From the human T2T-CHM13v2.0 reference genome, Homo sapiens: DNA of 64,000 nt. Position 1 is the stretch's first letter; each line of letters opens with the position of its first letter. The stretch lies in NCBI RefSeq assembly GCF_009914755.1, contig NC_060930.1; one strand, given 5' to 3'. The position numbers and the translations under genes were made by a program. Of the stretch, positions 17,620 to 32,483 are shown one piece after another. The notes below the pieces were generated by a model that saw only the letters and a program-made list of their open reading frames with translations, had not been told where the DNA came from and did no database searches.

Positions 17620-18033
17620 TGAATTTGTTACTTCTGATTCGTGTCAAAAATGGCAAACACAAATTTCACTTCAGGGAATGGAGGATAGAATGATAGAATT
17701 GCATGGTTGAAAGACTGCATGGACCTTTAGTGGGCATTGTGGAATGATACTTTGTCTCAGCATTTGGTCATTTGATCTCCTTAGCTTTACATTAATGAGA
17801 CTTCACCACCTCCATATATCCTGCTGCTTCCATCAAATTGTTATGAAAGATAGCAATCCTAAAACTTCTCTTCATTCAGACCTTTTGCTCAAAAGTAAGT
17901 TTCCTGAGACATTTTGCTACAAACTCTGAGTCTATGAGAAATTTGGACCTAGGAAGTGAGCTTGTAGCATGGGCCAGCTAAGAGAAATTTTAGTTGACTA
18001 TTGTTCCTTTTATGGCTAACATGATAGACATAC

Positions 18034-18193
18034 GCATTTGGATAGTATAATGGGATCCTCCGATGCCAATGTGGTGTCATAGACGACCAAGACTGACATG
18101 TTCTTCCTGTGATAGTGGTGGAGAGTGTGCCTCGATAACTCTGTCCATCACCTCGGTAGCAGTCCTGGACCCCAGTGCTGTTTTCAGTTGGTG
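18034..18193 (-). CDS. LPA: apo(a) KIV-8 exon 1 (160 nt)
   Basis: Translated by hand (not in ORF track): [54 protein letters not shown]; ttcag / gtatgt. Confidence 0.96.
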
Positions 18194-19392
18194 CTGAAAT
18201 TAAAAGAGAAAATCAAGCTCAGTATTGCCTAGAAAAGGGAAATGTGAAAAAAATTATGACACACAAAGTGGAATAATCTGAGGATTAACAATTTACACTC
18301 TTCTATATTAGCATGCAAATTGAAATGTAGAATAAAAATACAAATAGACTTATAGGATTCTAGAAATTTAATAAGTAGTCATAAATATTTTAATTCAACC
18401 CTGGAAAACAAACAAACAAAGAAACAAACAAAAAACAGATCAGAGTGCCTATACTTCAAAATTACACTCATGTGAATGGTCTTTTGCTTACACCTCTTCT
18501 GGGTGTTCATGAGAACAAGGCAGGAGACCAGGGTGCCATGCATCAAGCTGTTCAGGCTATAGGTGGTGATTGGCTGTTAGTGGGGGGTATACATGAAACC
18601 CTTGCACACTAGACCACTGCTCCTCCAAAGCAAAAGCCTTCAGATTCTGGGGTGTGGGGCAGAAAAGGATCTTGCATCTAGGACTTGTAGGTAAAGACAC
18701 ATTGCCTCTCAGGGAGAAGGAGTACAGGCCAAAATTTTATAGCCTAGGAGGGGAGACAGGGAATCTTGGGCCCAGGATCCCTCATTACAAGAAAGCTGAC
18801 ATCCACTACTCTTCTTCTCAAAAAACAACGGAGATAAATGTTCCATGAGAAGCAGGGATGAGAACACTGAGAAATCCCTTCCCTCAAATCCTAGGTGTGG
18901 AAGGCATGCCCAAGATGAAGGTAGGCTGGGGAGATAAACAATTTGGTGGCTATGTACTGCTTCAAAGTCTCAGGACAATACGGATCTAATGAAGACATGT
19001 TAGGTTTCTCAAGAACAACAGCCTCAAAAATGGCATTCCTTCAAAATGGTAAAGCTGAAGACTGCAATAAACACTGCCTACTTGAAGAAAGGGCTGGACA
19101 GGCTTAGGAGCTTGGTATATCTTCACAAGTTTGGCAGGATGTTAGAATATCCATCTTGGCTAGGACACTAATATGATTCGTTTGATAACAGGGAAGTGAT
19201 AAATCCAGTGTCCTAGAGGGTCTGTGCCCCTTTTAAAGACACCATCCCTCACAAGGCACTCAACATCCCAGCTCTGGTCCCCCCAGAGAAGGCACTGAAG
19301 CTTCCTTCCCATTGGCTGTCCATGACTTCACCTTCGACTTCCTGTGCAGCATGGAAGTTTTCTGCATCACAAAGATTTTGCAAATCTTTTTA

Positions 19393-19683
<291 letters not shown>

Positions 19684-20737
19684 CTATGTTTTCTTGTAAC
19701 AAAGTGTAAACAAGCAAATTTGAAATATTCTCACTAAAGTCCCATAACACTCACAAATGGTCCTCAACTTCTAAACAACTGTCAACATTTCAAAGACAGC
19801 TTATGATTCTTATTGTAACACATTCAAAGTAATCTATGCTTTATAAGAAAACTGAGAGAAAACATCAATGTGTACCAGAAAGGATCAGAATACCCTCCTT
19901 CTACCTTCTGCCAAATACATTCCTTTGGATTAACCGAGAGGGATTTTGAAGTGTGTCTTGGAGATTGTTTCACGTACATACAAATGTTTATCTGTCAGGC
20001 TGTCTGTAAGTCTCTATAAAACTGCATGATCTATTCAGTGTTTGATTTGCTGATTTGTTATTTACCTAAGCAATCCATCCACATGATCTACATTCATGAA
20101 TTTATTTACATACAGTTGATCTCAATATCTACTTCTCAGCTTTCACACCTGGAGGATGCTATAGCAATGGCATCTCTCTCCTGTTACTCATGATGGTGAT
20201 GGATATGCTCCCTCCTTGGTCTGTCATCTGTTTAGCCAGACTTTGGCCAATCATATAGACTTTTCAAAGAACCTAACTTTCTGTTTCATGGATTTACTCC
20301 TTTGTTGGTCTATTTTCTTTTCCACTGAATGTCATTGGTTTGGACTATTTCCTTCCATCCTCTTTCCTTGTGCCTTATTTGCTTTTCCTTGCCTAGATAT
20401 TTAAGCTGTGGTCTTAGATCAACAGCTGTCAAAGCTGTTGTTCATAGGAACCCCCTTTTTTTCTTTTTAGCTTTGAATTGAGGCAACTTAACTATGATAT
20501 ATCCCAGTAAATCATAGAGTTTTGCTCTTTAAAATTCTATACCTGAGTCATTTAGCTTCTTGACTATGAGTTTCTTGTTTTCTGTATATTTGGCGTGTTG
20601 CAAGCCATCATCGCTTCAAGTATAATGTCTGTCATGATATCTTTTTCTTCTCCTTCTGTGACTTGCCTAACACATATATTAAATGTGTGGATTTTTCCTA
20701 GATGCCCTTGAGGCTCTGTTGATTAATAGGTTCAGTC

Positions 20738-20739
<2 letters not shown>

Positions 20740-20786
<47 letters not shown>
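20740..20786. repeat. (TG)23 microsatellite
   Basis: Pure TG run; shorter or degenerate TG tracts sit at the paralogous position in other kringle introns (25206, 30440, 36216, 41802, 42738, 48335). Confidence 0.95.
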
Positions 20787-20788
<2 letters not shown>

Positions 20789-22538
20789 CTGTCTGTTGGT
20801 CTGTCTGTCTGTCCTGTGATTTGTGTAGCTCCTATTGAATTATTTTCTAGGTCACCTTTCCTACCGTAATGTCTAAAGTGATGATAAGGCCATCCAGTGA
20901 GTTCTTCATTAGAGATGTACCTTTTCTCAGTTCTTTAATTTTCATTTGGCTCTCCGGTTCTTTTCTTTTCTCTTGCTATTCTGCTTTTGTTTCTCTCATG
21001 GTCAGCTTTTGCTGACATTTTCCTGAAACACAGTTCTCAGAGGTGCATTTTAAATGTTCTCACCAATGTCATCAATTCTATAATTTCTGGGCCTGTTTGT
21101 GTTGAGTGATTTTTTCTCCCAGTTATGTATCACAGTGAAAGCTTCTTGTGTCTCTATTAAATTTTTAAATAGAAGTAACGCAATAGGAATGCCATATAAC
21201 TGAGCAACTTGTATTTGTCCCTTGCCTCTAAGGGGGGTTGAGTTTTTTTTTTCTTGTGGAATGCAGTTAATTTACTTGGAGATCATTTGGATCCTTTTAG
21301 ACTGGCTTGGAAGAAGGGTTGTTGGAGTTTTTCTGGAGTCACCTTGATTCTAGGAATAAGATGATCCCAATCCCAAAATACAGCTTTCTTTGGTCTCTAC
21401 TGAATGCCCAAAATGTAGTGAGGTGTTTCTCCTCTGAGTGGTCAGAATTCAAATATCCCCCAGTGCTATGTGAGCTCTGGCATCTCCATTGAGCTTACTG
21501 TTCCCCTGCAGTTGTTCTTTCCCAAGTAGCTTTTCTTTGTTGTTCTTTCTTTATGAAAACTCTCCCTGTGCATACGCAGCTTTGTATTTAGCCAAAGCCT
21601 TGAGGAGACTTCTGTGTGTATTCCTGGAGCTCCTTTCTTCCACAAATCCCTTCTCATTCTTAGCCAGCCTAGAACACATCAGCTGCCTGAGGCATCGCAG
21701 ACTCCAGTCTCTCTCCTCAGTTAAGCAAGACTGCTGTGGTCAGCTGGGCTCCATCTGCTTGTCCTTCAATCCAACACTGTGTCCAGGAAGGAAGACAGGT
21801 TAATGATGAAGTTGATCTCCTTTGATTCCCTTTCTCAGTTCTCTCAAGCCTACCATATCTGTTGTCCAACCTGTGAAAACTGTTTTCTCATGTATTTGAT
21901 AGTCCTTCATGGCAGAAAGGCTGGCATAGCCAGACATGGGTTTCTGTCCATCTTCCTGAATGTGTAACTCTTCAGCATCTCTATACTTCCTGACTCTCAG
22001 CTGCCTTCCTCCTTTTGCCCCTCATGGGCTGGCAACACATAGCTTTTCAGACACCTTGTTCTCAGAACCCAATGTGTTTATACAGGTTAGAGGAGAAAGT
22101 GATCGGAAGATCTCGAAGTCAATATAGATATCCTTCACTTGTTACCCAAGACAAACATGGCAAACACAACCTTCACTCCAGGGCTTGGAGATTAGAATGA
22201 CAGAATTCCCTGGTTGAACTATTTCACTGGTCTTTAGTGGGCATTGTGGAATGGTGCTATTTCTAAGCACATGGTCATATGTTCTTCTGAGCTTTCTATT
22301 CATGAGACCTCACCACCTCCAAGTATCCTCCTACTTCTATCAACTATGAGAAAAGAGAGCTGGCCTGACATTTCTCTCCTCTCAGACCCTGTGCCCAAAG
22401 CAAGAAGCCTGAGACATTCTGTCCAACATTCTGGGTCTGAGAGAAATTGGGTCATAAGAAGTTAGCTGGAAGCATGGCTCTTCCAGGAGAAATTTAAGTG
22501 GGTGGCTGTTTCTCTTGGGAGAAAACTCAAAGACATAC

Positions 22539-22698
22539 CCATTTGGGTAGTATTCTGTGGTTCTCTGATGCCAGTGTGGTGTCATAGAGGACCAAGACTG
22601 ACATGTCCTTCCTGTAACAGTGGTGGAGAATGAGCCTCGATAACTCTGTCCATCACCATGGTAGCAGTCCTGGACTGTGGGGCTTTGCTCCGTTGGTG
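22539..22698 (-). CDS. LPA: apo(a) KIV-7 exon 1 (160 nt)
   Basis: [54 protein letters not shown]; ttcag / gtatgt. Confidence 0.96.
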
Positions 22699-23929
22699 CT
22701 GAAATTCAAAGAGGAGAAAACAAACTGAGTAATTTCCAGAACACAGAAGCATGAGAAAAAAAATCCATGATAGAAACAGGACATCATCTCTGAAAATGAC
22801 GACCATGCTCTGTTCTACATTAGTAGGCAGATGGACATGCCAATAACAAAGCTCAAAGATTCATAGCATTCTGGAACTTCAATGAGTTTTTAGAAAGATT
22901 TTCTTTAAAACCTGGGCACCAAAGGACAGATCAGAGTGCCTATCAGTCAAAATTGCACTCATGTGCCTGTTCTTTGGCAAAGATCTCTTTTGGGTGTTCC
23001 TGAGAACAAGGCAGGAGACCAGAGTGCCATGCATCAGGCGGTGCAGGCTGTAGGTGGTGGTTGTCAGTGGGGGCAGACATGAAACCGTCACACATTTCTC
23101 CAGAGCACTGATCCTCCAAAGCCAAAGCCTTAAGTTTCTGGAAGATGGGGCAGGAAGTGGTCCTCCATCTAGGACTTCCAGGCAAAGACACATTGTCTCT
23201 CAGAGAGGGGTACTGGCCAAAATTTTATTCCCTTGGAGGGACGGCGGGAAATCTTGGGCCCAGGATCCTGCATTGCAACAAAGTAGACATCCACTACTCT
23301 TCTTCACAAACAGCAACACAGATACGTGTTCCATGAGAAGGAGGGGCAAGAACACTAAGAAATCCCTTCCATCAAAGCCTAGGTGTGCAGCACCTGCCTA
23401 AGATTAAGGTAGACAGGGAGATAGAGCATTTGCTGGCTATGTACTGTTACCTAGACCCAGGAGGATATGGAACTAAGTAAAGTCATATCAGGTTTCTCAA
23501 GGATGACAGACTCAAAAACCACATTCCTCTGAAACTGTAAAGCTGAAGTTTGCAATGAGTACTGTCTACTTGAAGAAATACCAGGAAAGGCTCATGATGA
23601 GCTTGGTAAATCATCACAAATTTGGCAGGATGTTAGAATATCCATTTTCACTAGGACACTGAAATAATCTATTGAATAACCAGGGGAGTGGTAAATCCAG
23701 TGCCCTAGAAGGTCTGCACGCTTCCTAAAGACACCACCCTGTCACGGGGTGCCAAAAATCTCAGCCCTGGTTCCCCCAGAGAAGGCGCTGAGGCTTCCTT
23801 CCCATTGGCTGACCCTGAGTCCACATTCAGATTCCCGTGCAGCATGGAAGGCTTCTGTATCACTAAGATTTTGCAACTCTTTTTATCCCAACGTCCAAGG
23901 GTGTGGTTGTCTGGCCAGAGACTTCTTAC

Positions 23930-24087
23930 CTTGTTCAGAAACAGCCGTGGACGTCGCAAGGACACTTGATTCTGTCACTGGACATTGTGTCAGGTTGCAG
24001 TACTCCCATCTGACATTGGGATCCATGGTATAACACCAAGGACTAATCTCAGCATCTGGATTCCTGCAGTAGTTCCTGGTCAGGCCA
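23930..24087 (-). CDS. LPA: apo(a) KIV-6 exon 2 (158 nt, 24 nt shorter than paralogs)
   Basis: [52 protein letters not shown]; gcag / gtaaga. Confidence 0.96.
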
Positions 24088-26943
24088 CTGCAAATTACAA
24101 AACAATACAGTTCACCAGAGATGGGAGAAGATACAAGGGCACCAGACATCCTCTACATTTTGTTGTAACAAAGTGGTAAAAAGTGACTTTGAAATATTCT
24201 CACTAAAGGTCCTGTAACAATCACAAATCGTCCTCAACTTCTAAACAACTGTGAACATTTCAAAGACAGATTATCATTCTTATTGTAACACATCCAAACT
24301 CGTCTATACTCCATAAGAAAACCGAGAGAAAACATCAATGTGTACAAGAAAGGATCAGAATACCCTCCTTCCACCTTCTGCCAAATATGTTACTTTGGAT
24401 TAACTGAGAGATTTTGAAGTGAGTCTTGTAGATTGTTTTATGCACGTACAAATGTTTCTCTGTCTGGCTATCTGTATGTCTTTCTATAGGAGTACCCAAT
24501 CTATTCAGTATCTGGTTTGCTGATTTGTTGTTTACCTAAGGAATTGATCCACATGATCTACATTCATGAATTTATTCACATACAGTTTTTCTTGATATCT
24601 TCTTGTCAGCTTTCAGACCTGGAGTATGGTATAGCAATGGCTCCTCTCCCCTGTTACTTCAAATGGTGATGGTTGTACTCCCTCCTTGGTCTGTCATCTG
24701 TTCAGCCAGACTGTGGTCAATCACATGAATCTTTTCAAAGAACCAACTTTCTGTTTCATGGATTTACTCCTTTGTTGGTCTATTTTCTTGTTCACTGAAT
24801 GTCATTGGTTTGGACTATTTCCATCCATCCCCTTTCCTTGTGTCTTATTTGCTTTTCCTTGCCTAGATATTTAAGCTGTGGTCTTAGATCAACTGTCAAA
24901 ATGTTTGTTCATAGGAACCCCCTTTTTTTCTTCTTAGCTTTGAAATCAGACAATTTAACTATGATGTACCCCAGTAAATCAGAGTTTTGCTCTTTAAAAA
25001 TCTATACCTGAGTCATTGAGCTTCATGACTATGAATTTCTCATTTTCTGTATGTTTGGAAATTTGTCAGCCGTCATGGCTTCAAGTATAACTTCTGTCAC
25101 ATTATCTTTTTCCTCTCTTTCTGTGACTTGCCTAACACATATATTAAATGTGTGGATGTTTTCCTAGATGTCCTTGAGGCTCTGTTGATTAATTGGTTCA
25201 GTCATTGTGTGTATGTGTATTTGTGTCTGTCTGTCTGTCTTGTGGTTTGTCTAGCTTTAATTGAATCATTTTCTCGTTCACCTTTTCCTACCATAATATC
25301 TAAACTGGTTATAAGGCCATCCAGTGAATTCCTCATTACAGATATAACTTTTCTCAGTTTTTAAATTTCCATTTGGCTCTTCAATTCTTTTCTTTTCTGA
25401 TATTATGCATTCATTTCTCTCATGGTCAGCTTTTGCTGACATTTTCCTGAAACACAGTTCTCAGAGGTGCATTTTAAATGTTCTTGCCAATGCCATAATT
25501 TCTATTATTTCTGGGCCTATTTGTGTTGAGTGATTTTTCTCCCAGTTATGGATCACAGTGAAAACTTCTTTTGTGTCTAGTAAATTTTTAAATGCAAGTT
25601 GCACTCTGGGGATGTCATATAACTGAGAAACTTGTATTCGTTCCTTACCTCTAAGGAGGGTTGAGTTTACTTTTTTCTGGAAGGCAGTTAATTTACTTGG
25701 AAATCATTTGGATCCTTTTAGACTGGCTTGGAAGAAGGGTTGCTGGAGTGTTTCTGGAGTCACCTTATTTCTAGGAATCCGAAGATCCTACTCCCAAATT
25801 ATGGCTTTCTTTGACCTCTACTGAATGCCCAAGATGTTCAGTGAGGTGTCTCTCCTCTGAGTGGTCAGAACTCAAATATCCCCCAGTGCTATGTGAGCTC
25901 TAGCATCTCCATTGAGCTCACTGTTCCCTTGCAGTTGTTCTTTCCCCAGTAGCTTTTCTTTATTGTTCTTTCTTTGTGAAAACTCTCCTTGTGCATACGC
26001 AGCTTTGTATTTAGCCAAAGCCTTGAGAAGACTTCGGTGTGTATTCTTGGAGCTCCTTTCTTCCACAAATCCCCTCTCATTCTTAGCCAGCCTAGAATAC
26101 GTCAGATGCCTGAGGCATCACAAACTCCAGTCTCTCTCCTCAGTTAAGCAAGACTGCTGTGGTCAGCTGGGCTCCATCTGCTTGCCCTTCAAGGGTCTCA
26201 AGGAAGGATGCCAGGGACATGATAAGGTTGATCTCCTTTGATTCCCTTTCTGAATTTTCTCAGGCCTGTCATGTCTGTTGTCCAACCTATGAAAACACTT
26301 TTCCTATGTATTTGATAGTCCTTCATGGCAGAAACGCTGACGTGGTCTGAACTGGGTTTCTGTCCATCTTCCTGCATGTGTAACTCTTCAGAATCTTTAT
26401 ACTTCCTGACTCTCAGCTGCCTTCCTACTTTTGCCCCTCATGTGCTGGCAACACATAGCTCTTCAGATACCTTGTTCTCAGAACCCAGGTACAGGTTAGA
26501 GGAGAAAGTGATTGGAAGATCTGGATGTCAACATAGATATCCTTTATTTGTTGCCCAAGATGAACATGGCTAATACAACCTTCACTTCAGGACTTGGAGA
26601 TTAGAATGACAGAAATCCCTGGTTGAACTATTGCATTGGTCTTTAGTGGGCATTGTGGAATGGTGCTATTTCTAAGCACGTGGCCATGTGTCCTGAGCTT
26701 TCTATTCATGAGAACTCACCACCTTCAAATATCCTCCTGCTTCTGTCAACTATGAGAAAAGAGAGCTGGCCTGACATTTCTCTCCTTTCAGACACTGTGC
26801 CTGAAGAAAGAAGCCTGAGACATTCTACCCAACATTCCAGATCTGAGATAAATTTGTCATAAGAAGTTAGTTGGAAGCATGGCCCTTCCAAGAGAAATGT
26901 AAGGGGGCTGCTGTCTGTCTTTGAAGAAAACTCAAGGTTGTAC

Positions 26944-27103
26944 CCATTTGGATAATATTCTGTTGTCCTCTGATGCCAGTGTGGTGTCATAGAGGACCAA
27001 GACTGACATGTCCTTCCTGTGACAGTGGTAGAGAATGAGCCTCGATAACTCTGTCCATCACCATGGTAGCAATCCTGGACCCCGGGGCTTTGCTCCGTTG
27101 GTG
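26944..27103 (-). CDS. LPA: apo(a) KIV-6 exon 1 (160 nt)
   Basis: [54 protein letters not shown]; ttcag acceptor, atypical gtacaa donor. Confidence 0.95.
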
Positions 27104-28295
27104 CTGAAATTCAAAGAGGAGAAATCAAGCTGAGTAATTTCTAGAACACAGAAGCATCAGAAGAAATCTGTGACTGAAACAGGATCATTGTCTCTGAGAA
27201 AGACTACCATGCTCTGTTCTGTACTAGCAGGCAGATGGACATACCAATAATAAAACCCAAAGATTCATAGCATTCTAGAACTTTAACGAGTTCTTAGAAA
27301 GATTTCCTTTAAAACACAGGCACCAAAGGAAAGATCAGAGTGCCTATCAGTCAAAATTGCACTCATGTGCATGCTCTTTAATATAGACATCTTCTGGGTG
27401 TTCCTGAGAATAAGGCAGGAAACTAGACTGCTATGCATCAGGCTGTGCAGGTTGTAGGTGGTGATTGACTGTCAGTGGGGACAGACATGAAACCGTCACA
27501 CATTTCCCTAGACTGCTGATCCTCCAAAGCCAAAGCCTTCAGCTTCTTGAAGATGGGGCAGGAAGCGGTCCTGCATCTAGGACTCGTAGGCAAAGACAAA
27601 TTGTCTCTCAGAGAGGGCTACTGGCCAAAATTTTATTCCCTTGGAGGGATGGCTGGTATCTTTGGCCCAGGATTCTGCATTGCAACAAAGTAGATATCCA
27701 CTACTCTTCTTCTCAGAGACCAACACAGATATATGTTCCATGAGAAGGAGGGGCAAGAACACTGAGAGATCCCTCCCATCAAAGCCTAGTTGTGCAGGAC
27801 TGGCTTAAGATGGAGATAGGCCAGAACGATGGAGCATTTGTTGGCTATGTACTGCTACCTGGACCCAGAAGTATATGGAACTAAGAAAAGTCATATTAGG
27901 TTTCTCAAGGATGACAGACTCAAAAACCGCATTCCTCCGAAACCGCAAAGCCAAAGATGCAATGAACACTGACTACTTGAAGAAATACCATGAAAGGCTT
28001 ATCATGAGCTTGGTAAATCTTCACAAATTTGGCAAAATGTTAGAATATTCTTCTGGCTAAGACACTAAAATGATCCTTTGAATAACCAGGGGAGTGGTAA
28101 GTCCAGTGCCCTAGAGGGTCTGCACCCTTCCTATAGATACCACCCTTTCACAGGGTACCAAACATCACAGCTCTGGTTCTCCCAGAGAAGGCGCTGAGTG
28201 TTCCTTCCCAGTGGCTGACCCTGAGTCCACATTCTACTTGGAATTGTGTGAGCATGGAAGGCTTCTATATCACTAAGATTTTGCAACTCTTTTCA

Positions 28296-28586
<291 letters not shown>

Positions 28587-29454
28587 CTACATTTTGCTGT
28601 AACAAAGTGTAAAAAGAGACTGAAATATTTTCACTAAAGGTCCCATAATATGCACAAATGGTCCTCAACTTCTAAACAACTGCGAACATCTCAAAGACAA
28701 ATTATCATTCATATTGTAACACATCCAAAGTCATCTGTGCTCCATAAGAAAATTGAGAGTAAACATCAATGTTTACTCTGTACATTGTGCAAGTTGCACT
28801 TGTACTTGTACAACTTCAATTGTACTTGTACAATTATACTCTGTACATTGTACAATGTTGTACAATGTACAAGAGGATCAGAATACCCTCCTTCCACCTT
28901 CTGTGAAATATGTTCCTCCAGATTAACTGAGATTGATTTTGAAGTGTGTCTTGTAGATTGTTTTATGCACATACAAATATTTCTCTGTCAGCCTCTCTGT
29001 ATGTCTCTCTACAGGACTACACTAACTATTCAGCATCTGGTTTGCTGATTTGTTGTCTTCCTCAGGAATTGGCCCACATGATTAACATTCCTGAATTTAT
29101 TCACATACAATTGTTCTCAAAATCTTCTTTTCAGCTTTCAGAACTGGAAGATGCTATAGTAATGGCACCTCTCCTCTGTTACTCCAGATGGTGATGGTTG
29201 TGCACCCTCATTGGTCTGTCATTTGTTTAGCCAGACTGTGTTCAATCATATGGATCTTTTCAAAGAATCAACTTTCTGTTTCAAGAGTTTACTCCCTTGT
29301 TGGTCTCTTTTCTTGTTCACTGAATGTCACTGGTTTGGACTACTTCCTTCCATCTGCTTTCCTTGGCTCTTATTTGCTTTTTTTTTTTTTCTTGTGTAGA
29401 TATTTAAGCTGTGGTCTTAGATCAACAACTGTCAAAGTCTTTGTTCATAGGGGA

Positions 29455-30420
29455 TTCCAAAGAGCTTTTCTTTTTCAAAACACAAGATGAATATTTATAG
29501 TATAAGAAACCAACACTGAGAATTTTTTTAACACACAAAGTCAACAATTGCCCATTTTCTTAGCCATCAGAGACATGATGCCATTACATATTATGTAACT
29601 GCTGGAAAACTCCCCTCTTCTCTTGTTGGAAAATGAAAGTAAAAAGGGCCAATAGCATCTTACTTTTCACGTAGCAAAGTCCTTTAACCTCATGGACTGT
29701 CTCTGAAGGTACTCAAAGGTCCTCAGGTTTCTCTAGACTACACTTTGAGAATTGCAGTTTGAAATCTTGATTATTACATGCTTCTGTTTTTCCCTAAGAG
29801 CATCTAAAATTATGTAAAAGCCTAAAGACATTCACTGCATCTCCTAAGTTTGGATAAATTGTGTTATATTCTTACTCAGTTCAAAACTTTTCTAAATTCC
29901 TTAGTGATGTTTTCTTTGTCCCAAAGAGTATTTTGAAATGCACCATATGACTCCCAAATATTTGAGAAGCTGGCAAACTTCTCATTATTCATATCTCACT
30001 TTATTCTGGGAGAATAAAGTGACACACTCTGTATGACTTTAATTCTTTTAAATCTATGGAGACTTGCTGGAAGGTCATGTGTAGAGTACACCTCAGTGAA
30101 TGCTCCATGCACACTTTAATGTGTATTCGGTAGTTCGGTATAATGTTAAATAGGTCGACGTTTTTATTGAGAACAAAGATACTATGTCTAATTTTCTGCA
30201 TATTTGTTCTAGCCTGTTGTGTTTGGGAAAGATTTATAACCATAGTGAGAGAATCAAGGAAATCTCTAACTCAGAGTGTGGGCTTATCTATTTCTCTCTT
30301 CAGTTGTGTCAGTTTTTCAATCATACATCACAAAAGCTCTTATTAGGGTAAAACACATTGAGCATTGCTACATATTCCTCAATGAACAATTTTTACTTCT
30401 CTATGTTTCAATGCTCGTGT
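29455..30420. mobile_element. KIV-5-specific intron block: probable hAT-Charlie/MER fragment (~29500-29757) followed by an old L1M fragment
   Basis: Terminal-like agactacactttgagaattgc resembles the hAT/MER end ccacactttgagaaccactg; L1M-like wording to the right; block absent from paralogous introns. Family call tentative. Confidence 0.45.
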
Positions 30421-32046
30421 GGCTCTAGGATTCACACCTGTGTGGGTGTGGGTGTGTGCACGTGTGCCATTGTGTGTATATATGTGCAGCTATTTCTGTA
30501 GATTCTATTGAATTATTTTTCAGTTAATTTTTTCCCTGGAAACAACTAACCTGATTGGGAGACCATCCAGTGAATTTTTCATTTAAGATATACCTTTTAA
30601 TAGTCCTTTAATTTGATTTGACTCTTTTATCCTTTTACTTTCCCTTGATATGATATCTGTTACGTTCCATGTTTATGTTTTCTTAAATCCAGCAATGCAG
30701 TTATGATACTAATATGTCAAATTCTCATGCCATTTAAATCATTTCTATCATTCCTGGTTCTATTTTTATTGACTGATTATTTTCCTGGTTATGGTTCACA
30801 CTAAATGCTTTTTTATGTGTAGTAAAGTTATAAATTTAGGACTCACACTGTGGATATTGCATAGCTCAGCAACTTAACTTTGTTGTTCACCTGTAAAGAG
30901 TGTTGAGTTTTCTTCTAGAAGGCAGTTAATTGACTAGGACACCATTTTAATGCTTGGAGATTTGCTTTTCAGCTTTGCTAGGTTTTTTCTGGAGCTGCCT
31001 TTATTCTAGGAATATACAAAGTCTACTCATAAAGTCTGACTTTTCTGAGGTCTCTACTGAATGCCCAAGATTTTCAATGAGGTCTCTTCTCTCTAGCTGG
31101 TCAAAACTCCAATATTCCAGAGCACTATGTGAGCTCTGTCACCTTTATTAAGCTCACTGTTCCCTTGTAGTTGTTGTTCCTCAATATATGGTGTTTTTTT
31201 GCCATATTTTCTTGTGGAAAATCTTCTATGCAAGTGCTGCTTTATGTTTAGACTAACACTTGAGGAGACTTCTATGCCTGGAGCTCCTATCCTCCACAAG
31301 TCCATTCTTACTCTTAGCATGGCTAGAAAATCCTAACTACCTGAGTAATCCCAAAGTCCAATCACTCTCCTCTGTTCAGCAACATGGCTACAGTCAGCTT
31401 GGGCTCCATCTCCTTGCTCTTCAGTGCAGGAAGGGTCTCCTTGAAGAAAGCCAAGGCATTGATGGGTTGATCTCATTTTCTCCCTCTTGCAATACTCTTG
31501 GTCCTCTAGCATCTGTTGTTCAACATGTGGAAACCGTTTTGCCGTGTCTTTGGTAGTCACTTATGGCCGAAAGACTGGCCATAGAATGGCCAGATCATGG
31601 CTTCTGTCCATCTACCCGCCCCTTTTACTTTTCAGCATCGCCCCTTTGCTGACTCTCATCTGCTTTCCTGCCTTTGTTCTTCTCCTCTGGGCAGACCGTA
31701 TCTCTTCAGACCACTGGTGCTCAGGACCAAGTGTGTTTGTACCCATTGAAAAAGAAGTAGATAGAAAAAGATTTGCCTCTCCATAGATGTGCAAGTATCA
31801 ATTCCCTGTGACCCAAGATGCAAAAGGCCAACACAACATTCACTTCAGGGACTAGAGCTTAGAATGATAGAATTCCAAGGTGAAAAGGTTGTATTAACCC
31901 TCAGCCGATGTTGTAGAAGGATACTCTAACTCTTTGGTCATTTGTCATCCCGGCTGTTTTATTAATAAGATCTTCTCAACTCCATATATCCTTCTGCTTC
32001 CATAAAACTAGGAGGAAGGAGAGCCAGCTTAAAAAATGTCTTCTCA

Positions 32047-32358
<312 letters not shown>

Positions 32359-32483
32359 TCACAGGAAATGTTCCTCTGCATCTGAGCCAAGTTGAGTCCT
32401 GAGCAGTCACCTTGAAGCATGACTCTTCTAACAGAAACTTCCATTGGCCCTTCCTTCGCTTATGGTAAAGAACAAAGACGTAC

